Below, in pieces: positions 21,170 through 34,368 of a stretch of DNA of 48,483 bases (within the stretch, counting starts at the first letter, position 1; every line of letters begins with the position of its first letter). Position numbers and translations under genes: made by a program. Origin of the DNA: Octopus bimaculoides. Its lineage: Eukaryota. Below the pieces are notes generated by a model. That model saw only the letters and a list, made by a program, of their open reading frames with translations. It did not search any database and was not told where the DNA came from. Where the stretch lies: the NCBI RefSeq assembly GCF_001194135.2, contig NC_068997.1:35999078-36047560 (forward strand). The letters are read 5' to 3'.

Positions 21170-22332
21170 CAAGGGTTGGACAAAATAATGGAAACACATT
21201 AAAATTTCAGACAAATTTATTTTAATATGGGGTAGGACTACCTTGGCAGTAATTACAGCTCGATTTCTATGAGGTATGAACTCGTACAAAGTTTAAATTG
21301 TTTTCAAAGGAATTTTTGTCCATTCTTCACCTAAAACAGTCTCCAGTTCTTGTAGTGATGATGGTGGAGGATATCGACTCCTTACTTGTTTTTCTAAAAT
21401 GCACCATAAATATTCAATAATATTGAGATCTGAGGACTGTGATGACAAGATAAGATGTTCAGCTTCACTAGAATGTTCCTCATGCCATTCAGTAACAACT
21501 TTAGCTGTGTGAATTGGTGCATTATCATCCTGAAAGATTGCGTCTACCTCCGGAAACAGTTCTGCAACCATAGGATGAATTTGATCAGATAAAATGCTTA
21601 AATAGTCTTGACTATTAATTCTGCCATGAAGGGTAACCATTGGGCTGGCAGATTTCCAAGATATAGCCCCCCCNNNNNNNNNNNNNNNNNNNNNNNNNNN
21701 NNNNNNNNNNNNNNNNNNNNNNNNNNNNNNNNNNNNNNNNNNNNNNNNNNNNNNNNNNNNNNNNNNNNNNNNNNNNNNNNNNNNNNNNNNNNNNNNNNNN
21801 NNNNNNNNNNNNNNNNNNNNNNNNNNNNNNNNNNNNNNNNNNNNNNNNNNNNNNNNNNNNNNNNNNNNNNNNNNNNNNNNNNNNNNNNNNNNNNNNNNNN
21901 NNNNNNNNNNNNNNNNNNNNNNNNNNNNNNNNNNNNNNNNNNNNNNNNNNNNNNNNNNNNNNNNNNNNNNNNNNNNNNNNNNNNNNNNNNNNNNNNNNNN
22001 NNNNNNNNNNNNNNNNNNNNNNNNNNNNNNNNNNNNNNNNNNNNNNNNNNNNNNNNNNNNNNNNNNNNNNNNNNNNNNNNNNNNNNNCCTGCCATACGAG
22101 CACCAACAATTTAACCTCTTTGAAAGTCCGATAGATCTGCCATTTTAATGAATTTTAATTACCTTTTTCTGATAATATCTGAAAAGAAACAGCAATTTTA
22201 GCTAAACATATTAAGCAACACTAATAATGAATCACAAAACATATAAATAAACAAGCTTTTAACGGTTTTATATATAGTTCAAAATTATGATGCTATGATG
22301 CTAGGTGTTTCCATTATTTTGTCCAACCCCTG
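21170..22332 (-). mobile_element. Tc1-like DNA transposon with DD36E spacing
   Basis: 28-bp TIRs at 21170-21197 and 22305-22332 (1 mismatch), flanked by TA at 21168-21169 and 22333-22334. N gap at 21674-22087 inside. Confidence 0.9.
21293..22143 (-). pseudogene. Tc1 transposase (DD36E), interrupted by N gap and a stop
   Basis: N-terminus MADLSDFQRG*IVGARMAG (ATG at 22143). C-terminus FQDDNAPIH...SQSSDLNIIEYLW has 36 residues between the second D and the E. Confidence 0.88.
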
Positions 22333-22465
22333 TAGTTCATCTTCAATGTTGGTGTTGTAATAACATGCATCCACTATGCTGCCTTGTGATCAGTTTTAAA
22401 AAGTGAATTTTGCTAAAAAAATGAGGCATTAATGAAATACCCAAGCAAAATGTGGTCTTCTAATT

Positions 22466-23990
22466 CAATGGTTTCCAACCTTTCTTAGCTCATGCACTCC
22501 CCCACCCTGTGGGGGAAGGCCATTAATCCTTCTTTATTCTTTATTAGTGAAAAATGTACTTCAGTTTTGTAAAATCTAGTCACTTGAAAAAATGTTAGAT
22601 ATTTAATAAAAATAAACTTTGTAAAATTAATTGAATAATAATGAAAGGTTGAAATACTACTTTAAATTTAAATAATGTATTTTGTGAATTCAATAAAACA
22701 ATCTTTTATAGTCATACATCATTTTTCTGATATAATGCATATGCAAAAATAAAATTCTTTTGTTAGATAAAATTATATATAATACTATTTATTTACTGTA
22801 TTTATTCAGTGAGATCCTTCTGGCTGATGTTGTTTCACAAGTTTTTCAATATCAGGACTATTAGAGACAAACAAATATCATTTCTATTTACAATTTCTAA
22901 GAAAACATTATTTTATTAGAACATTTAAATACAAAGTAACAGGAAAGAAGAGAGATAAGAAAGGGAAAAAATGGTGGAGGTGGTAAATCAGTAGAAGATG
23001 TAGGGTGAGGGGATGATGGGCCACATGCCCCAAAACAAATGGTGTGTTCAGCCACAGCCTATGGTAATGACTGCAGTGGTGTTGCTATAGAGAATGGCCA
23101 GTGACATGCACTGCAGTAGCCACTCAACTCGAAGGGGCCCATTTCTCCAGCAGACCACCGTTACACCAGTTTTGTAGAGGAAATCGGTAGTACAAGGTCC
23201 TGGAACACCTGGCATTTCAATGATGATTGGCACAAGCTGATAGTGGCTAGCCAGGTCCCTGTATTTATTGATTTTTCACTCCGTGTTACTGGTGGCAACA
23301 CGCAGGTTTGCAGCTGATGCTGCAAGGTTGGTGACTTTTCGATAGTAGGAGAGACTAGACTAAAACTTGACTCAACAAGTAAGAAGAATGAAAGGCAATG
23401 AAATATAATTTTACTTTCTGCTAAAGCACTGGGAATTTCATAGTAATTTCACTACTTGTCCATAAGTTATTTAGCACATGATTAAATAAGCTTGAACAGT
23501 TTGATTACTCTGCAACTCAAAAAGGCTTTCTTGTAATCTGATATCAACATCAGCTGCATTTGTCCCAAATGGATCAACCACCCAACTTGGAATGGTCTTT
23601 TCCAGATCTTTGAACTTAATTTCCATTTCCTTGAGCAATTAGCTCAAGTACTCAGTGTACATTTAAATATCATCCTCTTACTGCTCCTCCTCAGTAGTGG
23701 CAAAGGTTGGAAAAGGCATCCTTACACCCAGTATTTATCCTGAACAGATTAAATTTTCTAAGGAATTTTTAGTAGCCACTTTACAAATTAAATGATTTGT
23801 ATTTTTACCCTGTGGCTGTTCAGCAAATTTGGTGGCTAGGTTTTCTTCAGTGTTTCTGAATACAAGCATTGTTCCAAAGTTTGACAAAGTGATGCAGGCA
23901 ATTACCCTTAGAGATTGTCACTGCATGTAAAAATTTCAAAGCAGTAGCATATCTAATTCATATTTGATTCTAATGTCAATTCAATACTTT
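22466..23990 (-). mobile_element. hAT (Buster/Charlie-like) relic, split by a CRE-like insertion
   Basis: LLKEMEIKFKDLEKTIPSWVVDPF...LQESLFELQ...VESSFSLVS (23345-23700). Resumes LEIVNRNDI.../PDIEKLVKQHQPEGSH* (about 22805-22905). TIR-like CAATGGTTTCCAACCTT at 22466. Confidence 0.7.
22905..23340 (-). mobile_element. 5'-truncated 3' end of a CRE-like RLE retrotransposon
   Basis: NLAASAAN...KINKYRDLASHYQLVPIIIEMPGVPGP...EWLLQCMSLAILYSNT, homologous to the C-terminus of the 9235-12150 element. Confidence 0.75.
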
Positions 23991-24059
23991 ATTCACCACC
24001 ATCATCATTTTAAATACAAAGAAAAAAAAAATAATCATAATCATTACTGACAAAGTGGT

Positions 24060-24180
24060 GGATCACAGAAATGATATTTAGTTATGTCCATTTAGAGTCT
24101 AATTTTAAATTCTGTTAGAATCATCTTCTATCTTCCATGGGTCAATAAAATATATACCAATTATGTATTGGAGTTAAGAA
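24060..24180 (+). mobile_element. Decayed SINE core fragment
   Basis: Resembles the ...TTCAAATTCC...TTTCATCC...GGGGTCGATAAAATAAGTACCAG core of tRNA-SINEs, from memory. Heavily mutated. Confidence 0.4.
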
Positions 24181-25532
24181 AATTGCCTATATACTTTGAG
24201 CCAAACTTTGAGCAATTGTACCAATATATGAGACAATTTCTATTGATTATTATATTTTTTATTGAATATTATGATTAATTATTATTGTTGTTGATTCTTT
24301 GTAAATTCTAACCTTACAATGATCTCAGTCTCAGATGAATATGTTGCATGAAATATAACTTCATTAATAATAAAAACTGTGTTTTAGACATCTTTGTTGT
24401 TTAACCTTGTCTGTTCAACAGTAAAGTCTCCTCCAGTGAATTCTCTTTAAAACTGAAACCAAATATTTACAGTTTTAAATCTTATAGTGTATTGGCCTCC
24501 TCCAATAAAGATGAAACTGACATGTTTGACTAGGTTTGTCAATCAAATGACTTTTTTAATTAACTATTTCTGTGTCATTGGTATGCCTAAAGTAATGAAA
24601 CTCAACAACATTAACTTTGCTAAAGTTTGAATATATATTTTTTCCATATTACTTTTGCATTTGAAGTATTATCAGGAGACTGTTGTGGCAAAGTTTATCA
24701 CAGCAGTAGGTCTCTTGAAAGTTAATCATAACTTTAACAAGTTGGAGGGTACTTGTGAATAATTTGCCTTAGTAGTAAGATTAAATGTGTAAGACTCATC
24801 TAGAAGAATGTGATGGCTGTAAAATACAGTTATTTCCATATCAATTTATATTTATTTAGATTTTACAATGTGTATGCATTATGGTGACAGTATATTGCAT
24901 CTTGGAACACAAGGCTTTATTCATTTAAGCAACTGCTCCGGAAAATGTGTGCTAGTTTTGAATTCTTGCAGAAAATGTAAAATACACTTCTATATGGACA
25001 TCAGTAATTTGACTGGCAACAATCAACTGTAAGTGCACTAATTATATTAATCACTGGTCATACCATTTTTTGTTTAAAGTTTAATAACTTCCATTTAGTG
25101 GAGGGCACACCACAGAAAAATTCATTTTCACATAATTTATGTTGGGTAGAAGTCACCCTTATTCAAGGTTTGTGAAATATATAATTCAATTTATTGTCAT
25201 TGTATACAAATACTGTAAAAAATAGATTACAGCTTAAGTATCAATAACAACATTTAGTGGAAGCTAGATAGCAAAAGCATACCATTGTGCAAATATACAG
25301 GTGTTTCCCTCATTACAGCTATGACTTACACACTTACAGAAATTGTAGAGTATGACCATTAATTTTGGTATATAGTCTATAATTTTGCTTTTATAGAAAC
25401 TCATATTGCATAGTTTTAAATTGTTAACAATTTAAAATTACACTTTCTTTTTAGCTCAATGGCCACTTGCTTTTTAGTTAAGATCAAAGCATATAATTAA
25501 TGATTTGGAAAACTGTCATCACATTACTTACT

Positions 25533-25560
25533 TACATACATCCATACATACATACATACA

Positions 25561-25590
<30 letters not shown>
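25533..25590. repeat. (TACA)n microsatellite
   Basis: Directly visible. Confidence 0.95.
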
Positions 25591-25591
<1 letters not shown>

Positions 25592-25599
25592 GAGAATGC

Positions 25600-26340
25600 A
25601 GAGTCAGTTTAAAAGAAATACACAAGATACCAAACATAAAGCAACATCATAGATATGGCTTAAACAAGGCAATTTGAAGCATATCAGTGAAAGCCTTATA
25701 ATTGCTGCACAAGACCAGATCTTGCTATGAATTCAGTGAAGTATAACATCTACAAGTCTTCTGACACCAAGAAATGCTAACTCAGGGAAAAGAATGTGGA
25801 AAATGTAAACTACTTGGTAGGTAGATGTAAAATCCTTGTTCAAAAAGAATACAAGTCTGTTTGTACCAATATGAAGTAACAAAGAATTGGTATGTGCATG
25901 TGCCTAGTTAGGGAGGATGAGAAAGCAATGATATTCTGGGATTATGATTTTCTGACAGTGTAATTGTACTGCCAGATCATTAATGTAGCCATAACAAATG
26001 ACGTGTGTTGTGAGAAAAGATGTTGAAAAAAATCACTGAGTACTCCAAATTGAAAGTGGAGATGGCAAGACTGTTTGGAATGCAAGAGGTTGATGTAAAA
26101 ATGACACCAGTGTTGATCGAGGCATTGGGGTCAATACCATTGAAACTTCAAGACTTCTAAAAGTGGTTGGGAATATGATGCAAGATTGGTATCATATAAA
26201 AATCAGTCTTGATAGGTGTTGTACACATTTTAAGGAAAATATTATCTGTCTGAGATCTTTGTTGTGACTTGACAATGGACTAAATACTCTGGTGCTTTTT
26301 TCCATCTACACTGCAAGACAAAGTAGTAGTAGTAGTAGTA
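25600..26340 (+). mobile_element. 3' fragment of an R4/Dong/HERO-like RLE non-LTR retrotransposon with (GTA)n tail
   Basis: Frameshifted SESLIIAAQDQ...CKILVQKEYK...ILWDYDFLT...KYSKLKVEMARLFGM...PVLIEALGSIP...HILRKILSV*, followed by (GTA)n at about 26322-26340. Confidence 0.72.
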
Positions 26341-26399
26341 GGAGCAGGAGCAGGGGCAGGAGGAGCAGCAGCAGCAGCATCCTCAGCATTAGTAGTAGT

Positions 26400-27100
26400 A
26401 GTAATTTAATGTTTGTTTTCTATACTGGTATTGGTTGGATGGTTTGACAAGAGCTAGTAAGCCACAGAGCTACACCAGGCTTCATTTGTCTGTTTTGGCA
26501 TGGTTTCTATGGTTGGCTACCCTTCCTAATGCCAACCAGTTTACAGAGTGTAATGCAGGTGCTTTTTATATAGCATCAGCACAGGTGCTTTTACATGGTA
26601 CAAGCACAGGTGCTTTTTACATGGCACCAGTGCAGGTGTATTTTACATGGCACCAGCAGGGTCACCAAGTAGCTTGCAAAACAAAGATCTCCCAACTGAG
26701 AGGAGATCATAATATGTCTTCTTAAGCAAAGCAAATTGCCAGAGATCTCAGTTCTTTGTCATCTTTTCTGTGAAGCTCATCATCTGAAGGTAATTTGCCA
26801 CCACATTATCCCATGTCATCCTGAGTCAACCCCTTCCACATGTTCCCTTCAAAATTTGAGATCAGCACTTCTTTATGCAGCTGTCGTCATCCATGCACAT
26901 TACATGACCATACCATTCTCTCTTGCACAATACATCTGATGCCTCTTCTACCCAATTTTTCTCTTAAATCATTTACTTTCTGTTGTACATGTACACTGAT
27001 ATTACCTATCCATCAATGCATGCTGGTTTCATTTCTTTCAAAGCCTTTGCATGTCCTTGTAGCTACAGCTCATGTCTCACTGCCATGTGGAATAGCTGAA
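26400..27100 (-). mobile_element. RTE LINE 3' fragment (ORF end plus 3' UTR)
   Basis: Homologous to 15458-16400 (GGTGCTTTT repeats; ATGTCTCACTGCCATGT...). Confidence 0.75.
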
Positions 27101-28529
27101 TAGTAGTAGTAATAATAAAATGTATTTTAGGGATACAATATCAAAGACATAAGTGGTAACTTAATTAATATATTTATCAAATATTTTATTTTAAAAAATT
27201 TTCTCATTAATAAATCTTTCCCTCTTTCAATATAAAACATAAGCTTACCAAACAATTAACGAGTTGAATTTAGATAGATTCATACACTTGCTTATTTCAC
27301 TTTACCTTCACTTTGCTTCATAACATTGACATATAAAATTTGGTCTTTCTGTCATTTGATTTGTTTCTGTTTGTTTTAAGAGACAAGAAGAAAACTATTA
27401 AATAGTGAGAGAATTTAAAGAATGGTAATATTCAATAAGAAAACTATTTCACTTTCGCCTTTGATATTTGTATACCTGTAATACTCTTATTACATTCTAC
27501 AGTCCACTTTTTCTAAGTAAAAATGATAACCATGTTTTACTTAGCATACTGATATAGCATAGTAAAAGTAAATATGTTAAAATGGACTCCCTTTCAAAAC
27601 TATAGGTATATATCTTTTGAGATTGTTTCACAATTATTTTCCCTTGAAATAGTTCAAAATTTTGTACTGTGAGCATTTGGCTTTCAAGTTTTTGGTATTT
27701 TGGATTGTATGACATTTGGGTTTGTTTATGTGAATGCAAATGGTCCAACCCATGCCAGCATGGAAAAAAATATTAAATGATGATGATGAAACATGTGTAG
27801 ATCTATCTAGATTCTGTTCATAGGTTGTGAGGCTCTCTTTCTGAGAGGATGATGAGTATTCTCTACTGGTAAATCCCTGCTTAATTTGCTGCATGGTGTG
27901 GATGAAAAGGCAATGAGATTTTATGCAGTTTACATTATCTGTTGTATAAAAATATTATATATTGAGCTATTACTTGTACATAATGCATACCATGCAGTAT
28001 GTCAGAATACTCTGACTAGTTACTATTCAATAACACCTCAGAGGGAACTTTTTCCATACCCTACCCCAACAAACCAAACTGCATCTCTCCTCTTCTGCAC
28101 ATTTCCTCTTTTAATGCATTATGCTTATGCTTATCTCTTACTCTCTAATCCTGTCCTCTGTGCCCTGCTCACTGTATCATTCCCATCCTGTTGTCCCACA
28201 CCCCCTCACTCTTTGCATTCATGTGAAGTCTCTACTCCCTACCATTTATATTCTGACCCTGTATCTTGAGGGCATGCCCTTCCACTTTACTACCAATTGT
28301 CTCTCCCTAGCTCTTCTATACCATCCCATTTATATTCTTGTCCCCATTCCTTGTGAGCATACCCTGGCACTTTGCCACCATCTTTTTTCTGCTCTCTTCC
28401 ATTCACCCTCTTTCTCTTGCTCTATCCCTTGGATTGGTTAACCATGTATCTCCTCTACAGCAATACTCATTACTGGTCTCAATCTTGATCACTCCCCCTC
28501 CCCCGACCGTGTATCTCCTCTACAGTAAA

Positions 28530-28825
28530 ACACCAGTTTCTGTCTATATCAGACTCTAACCTTTCATCATCTGGTATAAGATCACTTCCAATGCCACACC
28601 CCCTCTCAAAGGATCTTTGTCTTGCAAGTTACTTGGTGACCCTGCCAGTACTGGTGCCATGTAAAAAGCACTTGGTCCACTCTGTGGAGTGGCAGGACAT
28701 CTAACTGTAAAAACCATGCCAAAACAGACAACAAAGTATGGTGTAGTCTCCTGCCTAGCCAGCTCTTGTCAAAACATTCAACCCATGCCAGCATGGAAAG
28801 CGGATATTAAATGATGAGGAGGAGG
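28530..28825 (+). mobile_element. RTE-type 3' UTR/tail fragment
   Basis: ...TTGCAAGTTACTTGGTGACC...AACCCATGCCAGCATGGAAAGCGGATATTAAATGATGAG. A near-identical partial copy lies at 30985-31130. Confidence 0.7.
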
Positions 28826-29753
28826 AGAGAAGATACATTTTTTATGTTAATTATATTGAGCTGTCACACTTTTAGCTTGGTAAACTGTACCAACTCATGG
28901 AACCTGTTTATAAATAGTTGAAATAGGAGAATTACTTTGAGCAGCTCTGCATAGTGTCTTCTGCTTCATGCTGATGTAACTTGCTATGTAACTAGCAAAT
29001 CAACTGTGAAGTGGGTGTGGGACCAGATCAACCAAGCAAAAATAAAATAGTAATCTGTCTTGTTAAGCAGCAAGTTTGATAACCAATTGTTTCAAGACAT
29101 AACATAGAATCTAAATATTGTAATATCACTGCAGCCCAGAATCAATGGAGCAATAGGTAGAACAAATGAAATCAAGTGAATGGAAATGAGCTGAAGAAAT
29201 CACAAATTGCCTTCTCTTCTAAATGATGAATTTCTTGCATTAGAAGGTGTTTCCACCAGTGAGGTTGTAACAACTAACTTGAAAAGGATTCAGAGTGTTG
29301 AATCTTTGGAGAAATTAAAATGTGTACTTCATTACCAAGTTAGGACAAGTATGGCATAGTCCTACAAAAATGGTGATGTGGTTTTTGTATAAAAGGAATG
29401 AGTGTGATAAATGGTTTGATCCAGGAACTATCAAAGACTAGAAGCATAAGTGCTTATTAAATATGAAGGCACTTATGTAAGAATACGTCTGCTATATCCT
29501 GAAGCATATGAACATTTTTCAGAAGGTAATTAAAATAAACTTACTATCCTCACCAAATGAGTATAATGATATTTCAAGATTACGTATTCATGAAAGGAGT
29601 GATATGAATGCTGAACTTGAAATACCAATAGAAGACAATGTTGAAAGGCATCAAAGTATGTGAAAAAGAAATAGACCACCTAAACAATAATCTGTTTCAA
29701 AGACGATTATGCTTCTCAAACTAGGACAGTCCTCTAATGTAAACTTACAAATA

Positions 29754-30072
29754 CAGGCATACCTCAGTTTTCATTGGTAATTGGTTCCGAGATGTGATTT
29801 AACAAGAAAAAATCACCTTAAAATCTATAGACATTTTTTTAAAAAATGTCTTTTAATTAATGTTTTGTACATATTTTCATATGTATTTTATTTGATTTTT
29901 CACTTCAGTGTTGATTTTTTTGATGTTTTTTTCTTAAGTTTATGTGCTTAAATATATTTGCTTATACTATCATAAAGCCAAATAAATCAACTGAAGTTGA
30001 GTATTTTTTCCATTTATTTCTTTAAAAAAAAGGGGCATAAAGTCAAAAACTATCTAACTTGAGGTATGTCTT
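29754..30072. mobile_element. pogo/Tigger-like MITE
   Basis: TA|CAGGCATACCTCAGTT ... AACTTGAGGTATGTCTT|TA imperfect TIRs with TA flanks and an AT-rich interior. Confidence 0.6.
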
Positions 30073-30984
30073 TAATGAGGATTTGGAATGGAGGAGATTG
30101 ACTATAATAAGTAGTGCAGGTAAAACAAAAGGTAAAAAACAAATATATAATGTTTGTGGTTATGGAACATGATGAATCATTTTGGTTGGATTGAGCCTGG
30201 AGTGTCTGAATGGCAAGCTAATGAAGACAAACAAGAGAAGCAGAACCCATACCTTCAGATAAAGAAAGTGTAATATTTCCTCCTTCTCCTGCTCAAATAT
30301 TGACTTGAGACAAAACAGAGAAAAGAGAACTTAGTTGTATTGGAAATAAGTTTATATGCTGGTAGCTGACCAAGATGTCCACAGTGCTGAATAATAAAAT
30401 TGAAAAGCTAGATTTGCGGTTAGAGTCTTTTCCAATAGAGATGCTAGTAATATTAAAAATTACTTTCCCACATGTTGGAAAGAGAGTGTATTATGGCATT
30501 TTGTAGTTGGGTGTAAATCAAGAGGATATTAAGGCTAAATTTTTCAGAGCAAGCATCCAGTCAGATTAGCTTGCTTAGATCCTACTCAGGATGTTAATGT
30601 ATCCCAGTTATATATGGAAACTTTTAAAATGTGTATGCAAACAAGTCAACAAGACAGTTAGGAAAGCAAAGAAGGAAAAATTTCAAATAGTTATTTCAGA
30701 ATTAAGAAATCTTGATAATTTCCAAATAGTGGCATACAGTGATGCCTCTTTTGCCCATCTAAAGCATTGGGGATGGCGACAATAATTATATGCCCATTGA
30801 TTAGTTAGTAATCTAAGTGCATTAGAAGAATTGCCAAAAGTACCTTAGCTGCAGAAAGTGGCAATGGATGACATGTTAGAAGCATATATTTTTATAGAAA
30901 AATTTTTATTGAAATTATAACAATTAGAGGACAATATTGGAAGTATAAAAGCATCTTGCAGAATAGAAAATTCCTATCTCTTCA

Positions 30985-31130
30985 GTAAGACACCTGTATC
31001 ACACTCGAACCTTTCATCATCTGGTATAAGATCACTTCCAGTACCACATTCCCTCTCAAAGGATCTTTGTTTTGCAAGTTACTTGGTGACCCTGCCAGTA
31101 CTGGTGCTATGTAAAAAGCACTTGGTCCAC
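30985..31130 (+). mobile_element. RTE-type 3' UTR fragment inserted in the Copia RNase H region
   Basis: Near-identical to about 28535-28682. Confidence 0.65.
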
Positions 31131-31437
31131 AAATTTCAGGCAGAAGACATCACGTAGAGTTGGGCTGTCCTGAGAGAAATAATAGGCAGGAAGGAAATTG
31201 CAAAAATTTGATAGATTCTGACAAATGTACAAATTGCTGAGCCTTTAACAAGAAAGGTGTACCATCCATTAAGACTCCTGGAATCTTTAGTATAAATTTT
31301 AAAGTTATGTTTTTTTCTTTTTTTTTTTTTGCAGTTGAAAACCTGGTTTAGCATAAATCCACAGCTGCCAGGTGCTCATACAAACAAGACAAGAAAAAAG
31401 TGGGAAATATTGTTAATTAAAGGAAACAATTCATCTT

Positions 31438-31662
31438 TTAACCCTTTAATATTCAGATTATTGTCAAATGCAATGCTTATTTATTTACATTGATTTGAAT
31501 TAACCATGTAATATCTCAAAGTCTTGAGACTGACAATGTGATTGTTTATTTTTAGCAGAACACAGTGGGAATAGGTTTGAGAGGTCAGATCTGACCAGTT
31601 TGGATATACAACAGGTAGAATATTTGAGCCGGATATGGCCAGTTTAAATGCTTAATGGCTAA
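31438..31662. mobile_element. TTAA-flanked (piggyBac-like) MITE
   Basis: Left end TTAACCCTTTAATATTCAGA; right end TAAATGCTTAATGGCTAA is the degenerate inverse. Family recognised from memory as an abundant octopus MITE. Confidence 0.6.
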
Positions 31663-34035
31663 GATAAACAATTGTCTCTAATTACCAACAGTGGGGTGTG
31701 GAAAAGGCAGATGAAAAGGAGGTGTTGGCAGACATGTTTGTTGATGAGTTTTCTTTGTATCAGAAAGTGTTGTTGTCTATGATTTAACATCTAATATTAC
31801 TGGTGTAATCCTTTATATAATCTTTGAACTTACACTAATATTGAAAAGTATGGCATATCTTGCAATATTTGTATGCACACCTTATCTCCTGTTGTTTATA
31901 AGCAAGAGTGCATCTCATATCTGCGCTCCAGGCTTTACATATCTTGTCTCATTATAAATTGTGTCAAGCTTGGCAATTAATTCTTTTTATTTACTGCATA
32001 TTAAAACAATATTTAAAAAAAAAACTGAGTCTGTTGGTAAAATATTCTTTGTTTTTTTAGCAGATGTCTGACAATAAAAATCAGTGACAAATTTAAGAGA
32101 GGAGAATATATCAGATTTTCTGCATTACAATCTAATTATCTCAACTACACAACTTTCTCAAAAGCAGCCACATTTGAGATCTGTCAAAGTAACATAGAAG
32201 GACTGCAACTCAAGATATTTTATAAAGTTATTGGTAAGTGAATATTTATTTGCAACAATATGAACATAGATGAAGAAATCATCATTGTAATTTATATTGT
32301 CACCATTGTCATCATCATTGATGTTATCATCCGCACTATGATTATCCTCTTCATGATTATTATCAAATGTTTCTTCATCATAACTATCATCAATGCAAAT
32401 GTTTTCAAATATACCTTCAGCTTTGTGAGTAGAATATATGTCTATTTCTTTCACATTATATATATAACTCACAATTTATGGATTCAAGTAATCTGTTAGT
32501 ACTCATAAAAAAGCTACTTAATGTATCATTCTACAGAACATATAGAATATACAGTATGATGCAAGAGAAAATGATAAGGATAAACGACTGAGAAACAGTT
32601 TGATGAAATTTTTTATTTAACAACAAGAAAATTCAAATATCACAACAAATTGTTTTGTAACTTAAAGAGTTGTAGATAATGTATATCATATTTAATAATA
32701 AATAAATTACTTACATGTTTCAAAATAATGCAGAATTTAAGCTTTGTCTTCAGGTGAAAGAAAATCTTTGTTAAATACATTGAGAATTTAGCATTTAGTT
32801 TGTCTGATGCTATGAGGTTCTAGAAATGACCTGCCTATGTCAGTGAAACTGAGTGCTAGAAGTGTTGTGTCCCACCCACACATACCAATAAAATTTTCAC
32901 ACACCCTAGCCTTAGAATCCAAACGACATGTCTCCCATACTGCAACTTTTCTTTTCCCCACATTTCCTCTTCATACACATATGATTGTCTCCTACTCCCC
33001 ATCCAGACCTCACTGCCCTGCTCACTATATTGCTGCTTTTTCCCATCCCCACTCTTTATACCCAGGTTCTCACCAATCACTGCAATCCCCACCTCATTCC
33101 TTCTTAGCAATACCTGGCCACATATATTATGTCCCCACACCTTGAGGGCATGCTCTGGCAATTGTCACCATTTATCTCTCTCTTCCTTACTCTACCATCT
33201 CTTTTATGTTCTGAACCCCATTCCTTGTGAGTATACCCTAGCACTTCGCCATCTCTCTCCTGTTCTCTCTTGATAGTTAACTATCTACTTGGTGTTTGTA
33301 ACAATGGGGAGGTTAAAAGTAAATATAAGTCATCTATACCTTGAATTAAATTAAATTATGTTAATGGTTACTCAAAATCCATTCCCACTGCATTGAGCGA
33401 AAGTACATTTATATGCATGGAGGCATCTTGAGAGTTGTTCAGAAATTCTATTAATGATCTTCTCATTAGTCCACAGAATAGACAGGGATTCCTTGGATCA
33501 GAGATGGTATCTTCTGGAAATTATATTTTTTGGTTTTGCATGCCTTACTATGGATCAAATTATGCTGTACTTCATTTTATCCTCCTTTGGTCGCCATACA
33601 AAATCTGCCAAAAATGTTGAATGTTTACTTTTAACCTCCCCATTCTTACAAACACCACGTAGATAGTTAACTCACTTTGTGATCATGAATGCACCAAACC
33701 TCACGTGAGCGTATGCTCACATTTTCGCAGATGCTTGTATGAGCAAATGTACTCTCACTATACAGCTTGCTCGAGGGTGTTTATACATCCATATTTGTTA
33801 ACAGTTATTTGTAATACTTTTCTCACTGGACTTGCGTGTTCATTTCTCTTTTTCCATCTGTGATTTTACTTTTGATCTTATATAAATGAAGACATTTCCT
33901 CAGTCTGGTTGCTTTTCTTTCTACAAAACGAGAAGTTACATTACGGAACTGTTATTTTAATGAGTTGTATTTATTTATAACCCAATGAAATATATCTGCA
34001 CCGCTGGATGCTCCTGAACCAGTTCTTGAGTGTCC

Positions 34036-34080
34036 CACCCATGAGGTATCAATGCTAGATGTGTCGAAAGAATTGTCGTG
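34036..34080 (+). ncRNA. Degenerate minimal type I hammerhead relic (Penelope pLTR type), probably inactive
   Basis: CAC-[CCATGA]-G...C-GAAA-G-AATT-GTC-GTG: 3-bp stem I CAC/GTG, palindromic AATT stem III loop, GUC site, then AATAATAAA. The CTGATGA core is damaged. Confidence 0.4.
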
Positions 34081-34335
34081 TTTAATAATAAATTCTCATC
34101 TATCTTTCCATAATATATTCCATCTTCCATCTTTCATTTGCCATATACATAACGACCACTGTGAATGTGATCGTGCTTTACCAGTAAGCTACCAGGTGTA
34201 AACCATTCATTTTATTATCCATTATACATATATATTTATGTATATAAATAATTATTAAAAAAATGTAACCACATGTGAATCATTGGCGATTTTTTTCCTC
34301 ACTCTTCCTTTTCTATTGGACTTTCCTATCTCTTG

Positions 34336-34368
34336 TTTCTGAAGAAGAGCTTTGCTCAAAATGTAAAA
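34336..34368 (+). ncRNA. Degenerate minimal hammerhead-like motif (pLTR type), probably inactive
   Basis: TTT-CTGAAGA-A-GAGC-TTT-GCTC-AAAA-TGTA-AAA: intact CUGANGA and a perfect stem II, but GAAAC reads AAAAT (consistent with CpG decay). Confidence 0.45.

Larger units (their letters stand above)
29130..31300 (+). mobile_element. Copia-type LTR retrotransposon internal relic (integrase C-terminus, RT, RNase H); no LTRs recognised
   Basis: ALEGVSTSEVV...YKNGDV.FYKR..CDKW..PG; IISSAGKTKGK; VAYSDASFAHL; RRIAKSTLAAE; AVLREIIGRKEIAKI...QIAEPLTRKG. Interrupted at 29754-30072 and 30985-31130. Confidence 0.72.

Noticed and set aside
21598-22114. ORFs of 164-168 aa made mostly of X (also at 37119-37802, 43331-43936 and 45831-46046)
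   Set aside because: Artefacts of N gaps.
32158-32472. Acidic 104-aa ORF resembling a piggyBac N-terminus
   Set aside because: Driven by (GAT/AAT) low complexity; no catalytic domain or matching TIR found.
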